Below are positions 40,451 through 55,062 of a stretch of DNA of 64,000 bases, piece after piece (position 1 is the stretch's first letter; each line of letters starts with the position of its first letter). The position numbers and the translations under genes are program-made. The notes below the pieces were generated by a model that made no database searches, was not told the origin of the DNA, and saw only the letters and a program-made list of their open reading frames with translations. This DNA comes from Isurus oxyrinchus (Eukaryota): contig JANJGN010000039.1 in NCBI GenBank assembly GCA_026770705.1, positions 4,216,001 through 4,280,000 of the forward strand, read 5' to 3'.

Positions 40451-40824
40451 CCACTGACAACCTTCTCAAAGGCAACTTGGGAAGAGCAGTATCTTCTGGC
40501 CCATTTATACACAACCCCACCTCATGAAAATATGTATTTTAAAATATAATTGTGAACATAAAAAAAACCTTTGGCAACCCCAAATTGAAAATTCATTCAG
40601 TGATTTCTACATTTGTGGAGAACAGGTTCAAGTGTGTTAAAGACAAGGAAAGGCGGGCAAAGTTAATTTATCCCGCCTGAACAAACGTTGTAAAGAAAAC
40701 ATGGTAATCGATTGTCCAGTTTAGACTTGGTATAACTTCACAAATGATATCACCTTGATTTTTTTTGAGTGCACACCTGTCGAAGCGCCGGGGGAATCAA
40801 TCATCAAGATAGTTCAATAGACAA

Positions 40825-41000
40825 ACTGATAGCCAGATAGACAGAGAGATAAGTGGACAGAGATTGACATGTGGAAAGAGTGATAGGAAGAGAGAGATAA
40901 CATGCGAGAGAGAGAGAACAAGACAGTGTGTGCTAGAAAGAGAGTGAGTGTGTGAAAGAGCAAGATATATAAATAGATTGATAGATATATAGATAGATAA
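40825..41000. repeat. Low-complexity (GA)n/(GATA)n microsatellite region
   Basis: gagagagagagaac...tagattgatagatatatagatagata. Confidence 0.7.
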
Positions 41001-43548
41001 AAAGCAATATTATTTGTAAGAATATACTTCTGTAGCTATGAACATGATGGGGTGTAAGACATTTGCTTCATGCAACAAATAGCCACTGAAGGATAGTAGG
41101 TAATTTCAACTGTGAGGCAGAAAGAGTTTTTTGTGATAATTTGAAAAAAAGAACAGTAACGAAATGAATTTCCACATGCGAGTATTGTGCTCGCATAGAA
41201 CTGGAAATCTCTCCTGACAAATCCTCTTTAATATGGGATCAGAGATAACGGCCTAGAATTCGGACCCTGACATTCGCTCCAGGTAGCAAATGATACATTT
41301 GAGATGCAATAGTTTCCTCGCAACAGGAACAAAAACGTCACCAAGTTACCTGGAAGAGAGAATAAAGAGGAAGAAACAGAAGTGTTTCACCAGACGTGGA
41401 GCCAAGGGAACAGTTTGCCTTGAAATGTCCTAAAACCCTCCGTTCTTTGCGGCATTTAACATATAAACTGATAATTGGCCTGGGAAACATATTCAGTCAC
41501 AAAAATGTATCTAAATCCCATTATTAAAAACTGCTCGGACAATCACAAACATAAAGTGAACAATCTTTGCACACAATCCACAGAAAGTGCTAAGTGAGGG
41601 AACTGTGTTCAATAAACGCATTCAAGTGAAAGCGAATATATGGATGAAAATGAGACTTAGCTCCACACTCAGTATTTGTTTGTAACAAGGCAGTCGGAGG
41701 TGCAGGTCGTTTGTTCCTATGCGTCACAAGGATCAACAGTGGGCTTTAGAAAACGGGAACAGCCTGAGAGCCACGGCTGGGAGCTTCAGTTTCTGGAAGG
41801 AGTTCGATGTGGAAGCTGGAGGTCGAGCCTGTGAGAGATCCAAACTGGGGGCAGGCAATGAACACTGCTTTCAAGACCTTGAGGCAGATGCACTGTTGGA
41901 ACAGGAGGACATGGTTTAGGGACGAGGGGAAACTGAAGTAATGGTGGATTGAAAGAGCAAGTGATTTCCTCTTTCAAAAGGAGATTAAGCTGCACAGGGT
42001 AATGGAATACGAATTTAGAGTAGAAGTAGAGAAACCGGCTCCTCAAGCCAGCCCCGCCATTCAATAACATTATGGTTCATATGATTGTGGACGCAATTCC
42101 ACATTCCCTCCACCTCCAATAACATTTGATACCCTTGGGACGCAAGAGAATATCTGTCTCTGCCTGAATAGATATCCAATCAGCCTCCCTACACAGCACT
42201 TGCGGGACGAGAGTTCCAAAGCCCTTGAACACTATGACTGAAAAAAATCGCTTCCACCTCCCTTTCAGCGGGAGACCCACAACTTGAAAACTGTTCTCCC
42301 TTTGCTCCAAACTCCACGACAAGGGAAACTTTCTCTTTGCATCCAATATGGACGATGTCTCAGGATCTAACCTATTTCAAAGCACCTCTCATTTTCCAGA
42401 CTCCAATAACAAATGTTGACAAAGTTTCTGAGTAAGTTAACACCCAAACCACCAAAACCCTCCACCAACCCAGCATCACAAGTATCTGCAGACTGAATGT
42501 TATATCAACTGATTCTAATTAGTTGATATCCTTTCTTAAATTTGGAGACCAAAACTGTGCACAGTACCTTAGATGTGATATCGGCAACGTTCTACACAAC
42601 TGCAGTAAGACATCACTACTTCAATAATCAATTTCCTTTGCAATTAACAAAGTACAGAATTCTATTTGCCTTGCTGTACTTGCATATTAACATCGTGTGT
42701 CATGAGAAATCTATGAATTGCAATAACACAACTGATGTGACTTTGAACTGTGAGCCTGTGTGGCTCTTGTCCAGAGAGAGAGAGAGAGAAACTTCTGAAT
42801 AAGCAGTTTCATGTAAATATATACATAGTATTTTGACAACATTTCGATTAATGAAGATGACTGATAAACACATTGTCCTTCATTGAATTTTGCAGGCACA
42901 TATTGCTAACCCATTGTGCTAATAGTGAGACACCATCATTGAATATTGTTTCTATTTAATCCGTTCTAAAAAATAATGGCAAATGAGCATCCATTACAGC
43001 AGGTTTCGAATTCGAAAGTGATAAACACATATCGGGAATGATGAAACTCATCTGACCTGGAAGATCCGCACCATGTCTTCAAATCTCAATATTTCACGGT
43101 GTCTTCTTTTTCACTGGTGATGGTGCCATCCCTGGAAATTTCGGAAGTGAGAGGCAGAATTTCATTTGTCGTTGATAGAACGGCGAGACATGTATTCTAC
43201 AAACACGTTGAATTTATTTAATACGTTCGCAGATGGATGTGTTTTTGAGTATTTAGTGAATTTAGGAATATGGTCACAGTACGGGAAGATCGATTTGAGA
43301 TAGAAGATCACTTGATTGGCGGAGGAGACTCGAAAGGCCAATGCCTTTCTCCAGCTCATGTTTTATATGTTCTCCCAATGTACATGTCGTACTGGTTCTT
43401 ATCCGTCGTGAAGATTGCTCGTTTGAAATGTTCTATCAAGCTTTTAGCCACCAGTGTATTGCATCCTGTTGATCGTAGAGACGAGCAGCTATGTGCCCCG
43501 ATTTTGCAGAGGGTCGTTTTTATTGCTGGTGGTTTGGGTGCCAGATGA

Positions 43549-45757
43549 ATCTCCTCTGGGGATCTCCCTCCCACAGCTTCCAACCTGATAGTCGCCCAAC
43601 CTCGGACGGCCTGCTTCTATCTCCTACCCAAAATCCACAAACAGAACTGCCCAGGTAGACCAATCGTCTCAGCTTGCTCCTGCCCCACAGAACTCATTTC
43701 TCGTTATCTTGACTCCCTTCTCTCTCACCTTGTCCAGTCCCTTCCCACCTACATCCGTGGTTCCTCTGACACCTTACGTGACATCAACAATTTTCAGTTC
43801 CCTGGCTCCAACCGCGTCCTCTTCACCATGGACATCCAATCCCTCTACACCTCCATCCCCCACCAGGATGGTCTGAGGGCTCTTAGCTTCTTCCTCGAAC
43901 AGAGGCCCGAACAATCCCCATCCACCACTACTCTCCTCCGTCTGGCTAAACTTGATCTCACGCTGAACAATTTCTCCTTCAACTCCTCTCACTTCCTCCA
44001 AATAAAAGGTGTGGCTATGGGTACCCGCATGGGCCCCAGCTATGCCTGTCTCTTTATGGGGTATGTGGAACATTCCTTGTTCCAGTCCTACTCCGGCCCC
44101 CTTCCACAACTCTTTTTCCGGTACATCGAAGATTACTTCGGTGCCGCTTCATGCTCTCGTCGGGACTTGGAAAAATTTATTGATTTTGCTTCCAATCTCC
44201 ACCCCTCAATCATTTTCACGTCGTCCATCTCTTTCACTTCCCTTCCCTTCCTTGAGCTCTCTGTCTCAATCTCTGGTGACAGACTGTCCATCAATATCCA
44301 TTACAAACCCACTGACTCCCACAGCTATCTTGACTACAGCTCCTCACACCCCGCTTCCTGTAAGGACTCCATCCCATTCTCTCAGTTCCTTCGCCTCCGT
44401 GGCATCTGTTCCGATGATGCTACCTTCAAAAACAGTTCCTCTGACATGTCCTCCTTCTTCCTTAACCGAGGTTTTCCACACACGGTCATTGACAGGCCCA
44501 CAACCATGTCCAGCCCATCCCCCACACATCTTCCCTCACGCCTTCTCCTCCCTCCCAGAAACATGATATTGTCCCCCTTGTCCTCACTTATCACCCCACC
44601 AGCCTCCGCATTCAAAGGATCATCCTCCGCCATTTCCGCCAACTCCAGCATGATGACACCGCCAAACACAACTTCCCTTCACCCCCCCTTTCAGCATTCC
44701 GTAGGGATCGCTCCCTCCGGGACACCCTGTTCCACTCCTCCATCACCCCCTACTCCTCAACCCCCTCCTATGGCACCACCACTTGCCCACGCAAAAGATG
44801 CAACGCCTGCCCCTTCACTTCCTCTCTTCTCACTGTCCAAGGGCCCAAACACTCCTTTCAAGTGAAGCAGCATTTCACTTGCATTTCCCCCAACTTAGTC
44901 TACTGCATTCGTTGCTCCCAATGTGGTCTCCTCTACATTGGAGAGACCAAACGAAAACTGGGCGACCGCTTTGCAGAACTCCTGCGGTCTGTCCACAAGA
45001 ATGAGCCAAACCTCCCTGTCGCTTGCCATTTTAACACTCCACCCTGCTCTCTTGCCCACATGTCTCTTCTTGGCTTCCTGGATTGTTCCAGTGAAGCCCA
45101 ACGCAAACTGGAGGAACAACACCTCATCTTCCGACTAGGCACCTTACAGCCTTCCGGACTGAATATTGAGTTCAACAACTTTAGGTCGTGAGCTCCCTCC
45201 CCCATCCCTGCCCCCTTTCTGTTTCCCCCTTCCTTTTCTTTTTTTTTTCCAATAAATTATATAGATTTTCCTTTTCCCAGCTGTTTCCATTATGAAAAAA
45301 ATATATATTTTTTTACATCTTTTATGCTCTCCCCAGCCCAACTAGAGCTATACCTTGAGTGCCCTACCATCCATTCTTAATTAGCACATTCGTTTAGATA
45401 ATATCACCATCTTTAACTTTAACACCTATGTGTTCTTTTGTACTATTGTTGTTGACATCTTTTGATGATCTGCTTCTATCACTGCTTGTTTGTCCATACA
45501 ACCACACTCCCACTCCACCTCTCTCTCTCTCTCTCTCCGCCCCCCCCCCCCGCCCCCCCTCCCCACACACACACCTTAAACCAGCTTATATTTCAACTCT
45601 TTCTTGGACTCCAACTCAAGTTCTGTCAAAGGGTCATGAGGTCTCTAAAAGTCAACTCTTTTTTTCTCCGCTGATGCTGCCAGACCTGCTGAGTTTTTCC
45701 AGGTAATTCTGTTTTTGTTTTGGATTCCCAGCATCCGCAGTTTTTCTGTTTTTATAT
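43549..45757 (+). mobile_element. 5'-truncated Penelope-like retroelement: reverse transcriptase + GIY-YIG endonuclease + terminal repeat; inactivated
   Basis: FYLLPKIHK..PGRPIVS, MDIQSLYTSI, GVAMGTRMGPSYA, FRYIED (catalytic YIDD changed to YIED), HYKPTD. Frameshift near 44497. GIY-YIG NLVYCIRC..CGLLYIGETKR..LGDRF (44862-45191). Terminal ...gatgctgccagacctgctgag...gcatccgcagttttt. Confidence 0.92.
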
Positions 45758-48654
45758 TAAAGTAGAATGCTTGACTGGCATCAGAAACATCACCATAAAC
45801 AGTCCAGATGAAAATTGCAGATTTGGGGATAGACTGAGCTTGGGGTTACTAATTATGGTTCTGCACAAATCAGCTGCAGCTAATGGTCCACAATGCCTCG
45901 TGAATGCCCACTTTTGATTTGTTAATCAAGGTGAAACCTACCCCATTTAGGACAATGGTTGTCTCACACCATACGATGGAGAGAAGCCCCAATGTGAAGG
46001 CGGAATGCATCTGTACAAGGACGTGCAGTGGTCTATCCTATCAATTCTTAAATGGACAGCTGCACCTGTGGTGGTTAGGTTTGTGGAGCGAATTCACTTA
46101 GAGGTTTGCACCTGATTGGTTCCCTGACCACCTGCCAAAGACCTAATCTAGCATTTATCTTTATGACTCTGCCAGCTCGGACATTATTGATGCTATTGAT
46201 TTGCTCTTGCTCACAGACTTCAAGGTCTCCGATGGAAAGCATTTTTTTCTTCTCTCTCCCTGAAACTTCGGCCATTGATGATCATTGATTCATCTGCTGA
46301 GGTGAACGGGACCTGGTCAGCAGAAGGGTACATTCATTGCCCATGTGTTACGTGATGTCATGAGATGTCACTTAAGTGCCACGTGTACTGAAGGATATGA
46401 AAAATGGTGCACGCTGGAAGTGTTGCAAAATGGTATTTAGGAAAGCAGTAATAGAATTGAGCATACCGACTAATTCGGTGGATATATTACGTTTTGGATA
46501 AGATAATTTCACTCAGATGTTTGCTCATGATTCGTATGAACTTTCAAAGCAGGAAGATGGATTATTCAGTTAAGGGTAAACAGCTTGAATCATTAAATTT
46601 ATGGAATGATTGCAAATCAAGCAATCAGCTTTGTCCTGGGTAAAGTCAATATCCTTGAATTCTACTGGAGCATACATCATCTAGACAGGTGTAGCGTATC
46701 TCATCACATTCCTGATTTGTGCATTTTAGATGGAGGTAAGGTTTTGGAGAGTCAGTGGGTGTGTTGCTCACCACAACATTTTCAGATTCTGACCTGCCCT
46801 TCGAGTCACAGATTCCAGTCAATGGTTTGTCCAAGGATGTTGAAAACGGGGGCTTAAGCGATGGTAATGCCAATAAATGTCAAGGCTAATTTGTTGGATG
46901 TTCATTTGGTGCAGATGGACATTTCTTGTCAATTTTGCGGGGCGAATATTACCGATCATTCTTCATGACAAGTCTGGCTGTTGCCCAGGACTTGATGCAC
47001 ATGGGCACAGATTTCATCAGCATCTGTTGAGTCGTGAATGGTGCGGAACTTTTAACAATTCTCAGCGGATATAACCTCCCCCCACTTTCCCACACCCTCC
47101 CCACCACACCAGCGTCCTACTGTGTTTCAAATGGAGAGAACATAATTGATGCAGCAGCTTAAGATGGGAGGTCTCAGGACACTGCCCTCAGTCTGTCGTC
47201 CAGTTATGTCATGGGGCTGAGATGATGCACCTGCAAAAGAAAATAAAAGTGAAAAAATAAATTATTTTTGCTTGGTATGAGTTCACTCAATAGGGAAGTT
47301 TCTCCTTATTCTTATTGACCACAATTCTTATACCCCTCCTTGATACCACATTCTGATAACTGATGCATTAATATAGTTCACATCCACTCTCTCCTTATCT
47401 TATAAGTACGGCACCTGTGTACATGTTTGGAGGCAGGCCGAACCAGGAGTTCAGCTCACACGAAGCAAAAAGTGAGCGTCAGTGAGCAGTTTGCTGCCGA
47501 GTATTTGGCGATTGAAAGCATTTTCTATGATACTTTTCATCACATTGATCTTGATTAAATGTCGGCTGATGGGGCTGTACTTAGATTGGTTGGATTTGTC
47601 GTGATTATTTGTGCATAGGCATACCTGTGAAAATTCTCAAAGTTTCGCATAGTTGCCAAAAGTTTAGATGCACCATACCAGCATGGATAGGAAGGCTGAT
47701 TCAGGAGCAGTGATGTCCCGTACTATTGGCATTATCTAAATGGACCCATAACCTCTTCATCATCCAGTTCCTTCAGTCATTCCTGAAATCCGAGTGCTGA
47801 GAATCACATTGTATGAAGACTGGCATCTGTGATGCTTGTCATCCATAGGTGGAGGCCGGATGGTTCATGTACCCGTCACTTCAGGGTGAATGTGGATGCA
47901 AATTCTTCTGCCATGTATATGCACGGGTGTGCTGCGCTCCACATTCATTTCTAATGGGGATATTGCTGGAGAGCAAGTGAGGTGCAGAATTTTACATCAC
48001 CATTAAAGGTGACTGTGACAGGACTTCAGAGCTGAGCTATCGTTATTTGGTTGGGGGATCAATGAGCCCTGTCTTTCTCATGTTGAATACGCTTTTTTGC
48101 TTGCAAGTAGCCCCGGGCTTGAAATTCACCAGGTTAAGCCTTGTTGTTAGCTTTGCATGCTGCTGTTTTGGACATAGGGCAGATGTCGCCAATGTTCCTT
48201 CGTTTGTGCAATTGACCTCAAAATCGTGGAAGGGAAACAGCAGAAGAGTGATGGGAACACTCTTAATTACAAAATCCTTTCTGAGTCACGCATCAAGCTG
48301 ACTTGCAGATACATCAACGTTCATTTACTGTCACTGGATCAAAAACCTGGAAATCAATCGCTCCCAGCAAATAATGCTAAGAGTCATGGGTTTTACGAGT
48401 CTGGCCAATTTGTAGTGAATTAAGCTGTAGAGGATATTAATTTAAACATCGGTGTATTAGGAGTTAGATCTTTATCGTCAGGTAATTGGCAATTCGTAAT
48501 TCTACTTTTCTGAACACAGATTAGTCTACAGACTCAAATCTTTTTGCCCAACATGGTCAACCTTTATCGCAATTTTATGCACTTGGTACCCAGAAAAAAA
48601 ATCAATTTTAAGCTTCACCTTCAAATCACAGATGTTGTCATTGAGACACAAGCG

Positions 48655-49148
48655 ATTGTGTCCTAAAACATACATTTTTCATTTCTGCTGAGTGGGCCAC
48701 ACTTGAATTTATTACCCTTACCTTGACCCCATGTGTCCCATTCATTCTAATCTTGTTGCTAAATGTTTTGACAGCTAGGCGTATTTTGGCAGCCAGTAAA
48801 GTTCGCAGGGGTCTCCATAGTTGCAGTAATGGAGAACATCACAAGGACTCTGAAATAAAAAGCCGAAGAAAGTCCATTGTTTTACTCTTCAGTATTACCG
48901 GCAGCTATATATTGCTCTGGACAACACCTGTTATATATATTATCTCTCTGCATGTAACAATTACTTCAAATTCTGAGGCAAATGATCTTAAGTCAGTTGG
49001 ATTCATGCTAGGGGACCTCACTTGCTGCACAAATGCATTCATTTATGTGCTGACACAGGCTAGGTTTAGGGAGGAGCTGACGAGCGGAATGCAGTACTTT
49101 GTGAAACTGAGCGCAAAACTATGCAAATTACAGTGGATAACCCATTGA
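48655..49148 (+). pseudogene. 5'-deleted GPR139/142-like GPCR pseudogene (ECL2 to TM7 only), inverted relative to the other copies
   Basis: CVLKHTFFISAEWATLEFITLTLTPCVPFILILLLN...LLWTTP...CCTNAFIY..FREEL, stop at 49146-49148. The sequence immediately upstream matches intron 1 (reverse complement of ~23420-23680), so the acceptor and TM1-TM4 are deleted. Confidence 0.85.
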
Positions 49149-52100
49149 CCTGTACAGGCGGACATAAACATTATGCCCTCATAACTCATGTTAGAATAAC
49201 GCTTGTAACAACGTTTAATATCCTACTAAAAAAGGTTTCCTACTTAACATGCTCTGTTACAATATAATGAACTATTATTCACAGTATACAGTAATCAGTG
49301 GTGAATTGTAAGTTGTGATAATAGTAATAAATAATAATTATAATAATACTGAACAGCTCCTGTTAGTGTTGCAGAGTTTGAAAGGATGAATTGTGATGCC
49401 AGGTTTTGACAGCTTTGTGTTCATTGGAACAGTTGTTCTGATCAACAAGAGAAGACCCAAACATCACCAGCTGGATCATGACAACTCGACAAATGTAACA
49501 TAGACAAACTTGGCAAATTTCCTACGACGTCTATTCTGGGGCAATTAGTACATAGGGGGAATTTTCAGAACATGTTTCACGAAGTCTGGTACCTTTCAAA
49601 TATCGAACAGTTGCGCAATGATCTCCATCTCAGATTTCCATTTTCCGCACATGATTAAAACAAGGAAGGCCTGGTCATCACGTGTTTTGTGAAAGGACGG
49701 GCAGTGGCCCATCTGATCACTCATTACCATGATTTATCGGACTGCGAGACGACTCCATATATTGGATTCTGTACATTTAAAGCCGATTTCCCTCCGATTC
49801 ATTTGAATACGCAAATGGCTCATACTTGTTTTTTCACGATTAATGAGGCTACTTCCTCTCCACATGCTCATTCACAACACTCTCTGTTTCATGTTATCCA
49901 GTCCTTTCACATACACACAGCCACCAAATGGCTGTTATCATAATTCTCGAATATTTTCATATGTATGACTTGAAATCCACTCGTCAATGTAGCGAGTGAT
50001 GCTTCAGCCAGGTATCTGCACAAATTCCCAGCCAAGAAACGTCTGATCACACATGGCCCTACCATTCATTTCCTTTCCTGTATACCTACGCATATTGAAT
50101 GTGAAAAATTGTAATGTAATTCTTCTCGTCGCATATTCTTATCATTTACTTAACTTAAAAGCCGTTCGTAGAATGCAACCATAGAAGGTCTACAGCACAG
50201 AAGCAGATCATTTGGCCCCTCCTTTCCTTATTGTCTCACTTAAGGAAGATGCAGCCGGCAGTCACTCTGCCAGCTTCTCCCTGTTATGTGGGTCATTCGC
50301 TTTTCTCAGATATTAATCCAAAATTGTCTTGACGATTCCTGATTAGCCACCCTAATCACCCGGGAAAATGATTGTCCAGAACACCTGCCAATTAACGTTG
50401 CATTAAATAGAAAACTAGAAACGCTTTCCTTGAATAAATGAACATTAAAAACACGACAAGTTCGGTCATGGCATGAGGGGCATAGCTGGCAAGAAAAACA
50501 ATTATTGTCAATCTTTAACTGCTCTTACAGAAAAGCATACGTGATCCGTCTTTTCCAGCAGCTACAGTGTTTCTGATATCTTCACACTGGCTGCTTAGGG
50601 CCCGAATTACTAAATGCCCACACCGCCGGCTCAGCTACCACTCTTTTCTAAATGTTAGCTCTGGCTTTTCGCCATGTACACTTTCTAAATATACATCTCG
50701 ACTGCTCAGCTCCCAGTCCTTTTAGTTCCTGAGGGAACATCAGTTCTTCAGGGTAATGTCCAAGGCTCAACGATGTTTAGCTCCATCATCAATGACCTTC
50801 TCTCCATCTTAAGGTCGGAATTGGAGATGTTCGCTGATGATTACGCAATGCTCAACACAATACGTGACTCCTAAAATCATGAGGTTGTCCAAGGCCAAAT
50901 GCAGCATGTTCAGACTTTGGCTGAGGAGTGGCAAAGGACATTGAAGCCATACAAGTACCAGGCAATGAATATCTCCAAAGAGAAAATCAAACCATCGACA
51001 GCCAACATTCAATGGCATTACCATCGCTGAATGTCGCACTATCAGCATTGTAATGCTTATCATTGACCAGAAACAGAACTGGATTGGCCATATAAACAGA
51101 ACGTCCACAATTGCAGTTCAGAGGCATGGAATCCTGCGGCGACTCCCCAATTCCATTCCACCATCTACAAGCCAGACGATAGTACTGTGATGATATACTC
51201 CCCACTTGCTTGGGTGTGTGCAGGTCCAAAACAGCCAAGAAGCACGACAGCATCTGGGACAAATCAGTCGTAGATTGACACCACATCAATAAACATTGAC
51301 TCCCTCCACAACCGACGAAAAATAGCAGCAGTGTGTACTATCTGAAAGGTGCCACTGCCTGAATTTCCGAAGTCACCTTTGACATTACAGTCCAAACCCA
51401 CGACCGGAGCATCTAGAAGAATAATGGGCAGCAGATTCATGGGAGCTCAACGATTTGGATGTTCCCCTCCAAGCTACTCACCAGTCTGTTTGAAAAGATA
51501 TCCCTGTTCCATCATTGTAATTGGGTCAAATTCCAGGAACTCCCTCCCTAAGAGCACTATGGCTGCGATTCAAGAAGGGAGCTCACCACCATATTCTCAA
51601 GGGTACCTACGTCTGGGCAATAAATGCTGTGCGAGTGATTGACGCCAAAATCCCCTTAATCAATAATAATAAATTATCATTGTCTCTGTGGCTGCACAGC
51701 TACTGCGCTTCCTGTTTCTCCAGTCTGACAGCTCTCTTCTACTATAGCAAAATCAATGTTCTAGACAATACATCCTGCTTCTTATAAAACTATGCTCTAC
51801 CTCATTAGCTTCCTTACTTTTATTAACTTCTGCTTTGGGAGAAGAGTGTCTTTTACTTTCCTATCTGTGTTTTGATTATCTAGCTCCAATTATTTTTAAA
51901 TCTATTTTGGGGGGGTGGGGCAGCCACTTTCTAATCCTTGCTTTGAATACCTCGCTGTAGCTTTTTTTAAAACTCTCCTCTGGCAGCTCAGCTACCGCTC
52001 TTTTAGCTTTCTGCCCTGGCAACTCATCTACTTCTCTTCTAAAAAAAATGTCACCTGTTCGTGATCAGCTCCCCACTCTCTCTAAATCACTGCTCTGACT

Positions 52101-53099
52101 GTTCAACTGCCGCATTAAAAGAATAATTTAACCTGCACTGACTACCAAGAGTCTAGCCAGCAATTGGAGACGGTTGAGTTTAATTAAGAATGGCCATTGG
52201 TTTGTATCACCTTGACTTAAAATAAGAATATGCTTGTATAACCTACTAGCATTTTGATATCACAACAGAGAAAATTAATGAATTAATATATGGCGAAGTG
52301 GATTTTGAGATATTAATTGACAACTAATCGCAGATAAGGCTGCTTAAGAACATTTACGCTCATTAAAAAGGACAGAGGCGCGGATTGTGGGAGGGGGAGG
52401 AGTCGCTTTCCAATTGCATCAATTGTGGTAATGCACAGAAAACAGAAACTATTTATTATCGTTTTCATTTAGTTTGGATGATGGTAGCCGGTGCCATTCC
52501 CCAGGAATCCGGGTTTGTTTTATTTTTGGTCGACATAGACCAGTTGAACCTTGGATTACAGCACAGTGTCTCAAAAAGTGTTAGTGGTGCAGACATGGTG
52601 GGAGTTTACCAGTGAGGATGATACGAATCGGACATCGAGAGACCAGCAGAATATGCAGGGGATTAGCAGATGCAATTTGTTGTATTGCAATGTAAAATAA
52701 TACAATTTGGCAGAAGGGGTAATGAAGGGAAATAGAGATGGACTGTCACTGTCCTAAAGCATGTGATAGAATGGAGGGATCAAGGTGCATGTGCTTCGAT
52801 TTTAGAGTATGGCAGACAGAGCCATGCCTCGGGTATGGAAAATTGTGGCGACCGGGCCTGGCACCGCACATTGAGGGTGGGTGTGGACTGCGCTGCGGTG
52901 ACCTGTGAATGCGGGCGACAATTCCTACCTGGGTAAGTTTGAAGGTGACTGTTTAAGTGACACAAATGTGCCAGCCTATTCGTATTTAGGATTCAATGGC
53001 TAGCACGTGCAGAGACAAAGGAAATGGGGACAATATTGCTTGGAAGCAAAGAAAAGTCAGAGAAAATAACGAGAGAATGATAAGACCTTGAAATGTTCT

Positions 53100-54300
53100 C
53101 TGGAAAATATCTGACATGTTCTGTGATTTCTGCTCTGGCTAGCACGTGACAAAAGTAGTAATCCTCAGATCAATCATTTGAGGTCCTACTTTTCAACATA
53201 CTTCCTAACTCCTTGCATCCTGCTATTAGAAGCTAATCCCGGCATTGACCTATGTCGTTTGTAAAAACGAGTACCACGGCCATTGTATGTTCACCCTCTC
53301 ACTTCAGGATGTCTTTTAGCCGCTCTGAGACATCCTTCACCCCAGCATCAGGGAGGCTACATAGCATACTAGAGCCTCGTTTGCAACCACATAAACGTCT
53401 GTCTATTCCCCTTACAATTGAATCACATTTTACAAGTTCATCCCTATAATGTTCACTCATCCCCTGGGCAACAAAACCAGCCGTGGGGCAACGGCTTTGA
53501 CTGCTGTTGCTTTCTCCTGAGAGGCCACTACCTCCAAATGTTTCCATAGCAGCATATCTGTTTTTCAGTGGAATAGCCACAGGAGATTGCTGCAATCTCT
53601 GTCTCGTCTTCTTGCTCTGACTGGTGGTTACCCCTTCCCTTCCTGTGTGAGGACTCTAAGCCTGTGGTATGACCACGTGCCATCCAAGATACACTGCGCC
53701 TCATGGATGCACCACAGTGTCCCTACACGCCGCTCCAGCTGCGAAACCCGGGCTTCTAATATATGCAGCTGGCGACACTTTGTGCACACATGCTGGACCC
53801 GGGCACTGGAAGTGTTCCAGGCTGCCCACAGAGAGCAGGAGGAACACACCATGGCTTTGAGCCCTCCTGCCAGACTTACCCACTTAATTTAAATTAAACC
53901 TTTAGGAATATATTTAATATCACATAAAATCAATTAATTTAAGGCTCCTCTTTGTTATAGAGTAAAACCCTGACAATCGATGAGTCACAAAATAAAACTT
54001 CAATAAGTATATGCTTTAAAAGTAGCAAATCGTTGCCCTTACCATACTCACAGGAAGATCCCGTTCCCTCGTCGCTGAAATCCATTAGTCGCTACTGCTC
54101 TCCCAACCCTTTTACAACCCACGACTCCTCTCGGGCTTCTCTTCAACTCCCAGCTCCTCTCGTGCTTCTTCTCAACTCCCGAATACTGCCGCGCTTCTCT
54201 CCTCTTAGTTAAGCCCTTGGTTAAACACTTTTTAGTAGTGGAGCACGCACAGAAACAATATTTAACATAGAAAATCATCTTTCAAACCACTTTTTAAAAT
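53100..54300 (-). mobile_element. CR1 LINE 5' portion: ORF1 remnants (zinc finger/leucine zipper + SGNH esterase) and probable 5' UTR
   Basis: ORF 53628-53852 (CSSC..W...VCTKCRQLHILEARVSQLE) and ORF 53299-53595 (DSIVRGIDRRLCG...CSLPDAGVKDVSERL). Confidence 0.8.
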
Positions 54301-55062
54301 CAGCTTCTCTGGATGTGCCAGATGCGACAGTGATATTTGTTCCGAAATGATTTTGCATTAATCAGGAGGATTTTGACTGATTGTGCTTAACCTCCCCCTC
54401 AGATCTGCCTCCACGTCTAATCAACCATCTCTCCCAAAATCATTTTATAAAATGTGATCTTGCACGAATTCATCTGCTGGCTGGATAATTGAGAATATGT
54501 AGTCGCAGAATAACTGACAGCAATTTAGGTGCAACATATAATGAAATTTCTTCAGTTAAAAGGTTGCGAATCTTTGACATTCTCAACCACAGAGAGCTAC
54601 TGATGCTAGGACGTTGAGTTTTTACAATATGGTACAATATGGTACAAACTGGATTAAAGGTGTTGGGATTTTTTATTACAATTGGAGCGAAGTTTCTTTT
54701 TCTTGTTAAATGTTTTCATGTCATGGGTGAAACAGCTGGTGATGTTTGATGTGGTGTCTTACAGAAATGAACAACTGTTCCAAATATACGGTCAGAGCCA
54801 GGAGCGTCAATTCACTCTTTCCAGCACTGCAATAATATTTGGCACTGTTTAGAATGTTTTATTAATATTATTACACATCACATTCACCTTTGACTACATA
54901 CTATGGTGCAAAAGAGTACAATTTGAGCTTATATTATAAAAAAGTAGGTAAACAATTTTATCCAGAGAGTATAAGCATCATCTAAAGCACTTTGCCAATA
55001 TGAGTTGCTTCAAGGTTCACGTGTGTGTTCTCCTGAGTTTGTCAATGCATTTTCAGCTGTAA

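Larger units (their letters stand above)
35704..42620 (+). repeat. Segmental duplication copy (direct paralog of 1-5060) with extra sequence at ~39900-42000
   Basis: Colinear similarity to 1-5060, including exon 1, the candidate promoter block and the LINE fragments. Confidence 0.9.

Noticed and set aside
39848-40520. 167-aa and 106-aa minus-strand ORFs
   Set aside because: Antisense to the RTE LINE remnant; no recognisable domain.
43774-45205. Overlapping antisense and alternate-frame ORFs (43774-44109, 44009-44566, 44382-44669, 44933-45205, 63639-63911)
   Set aside because: Shadows of the C-rich Penelope coding sequence.
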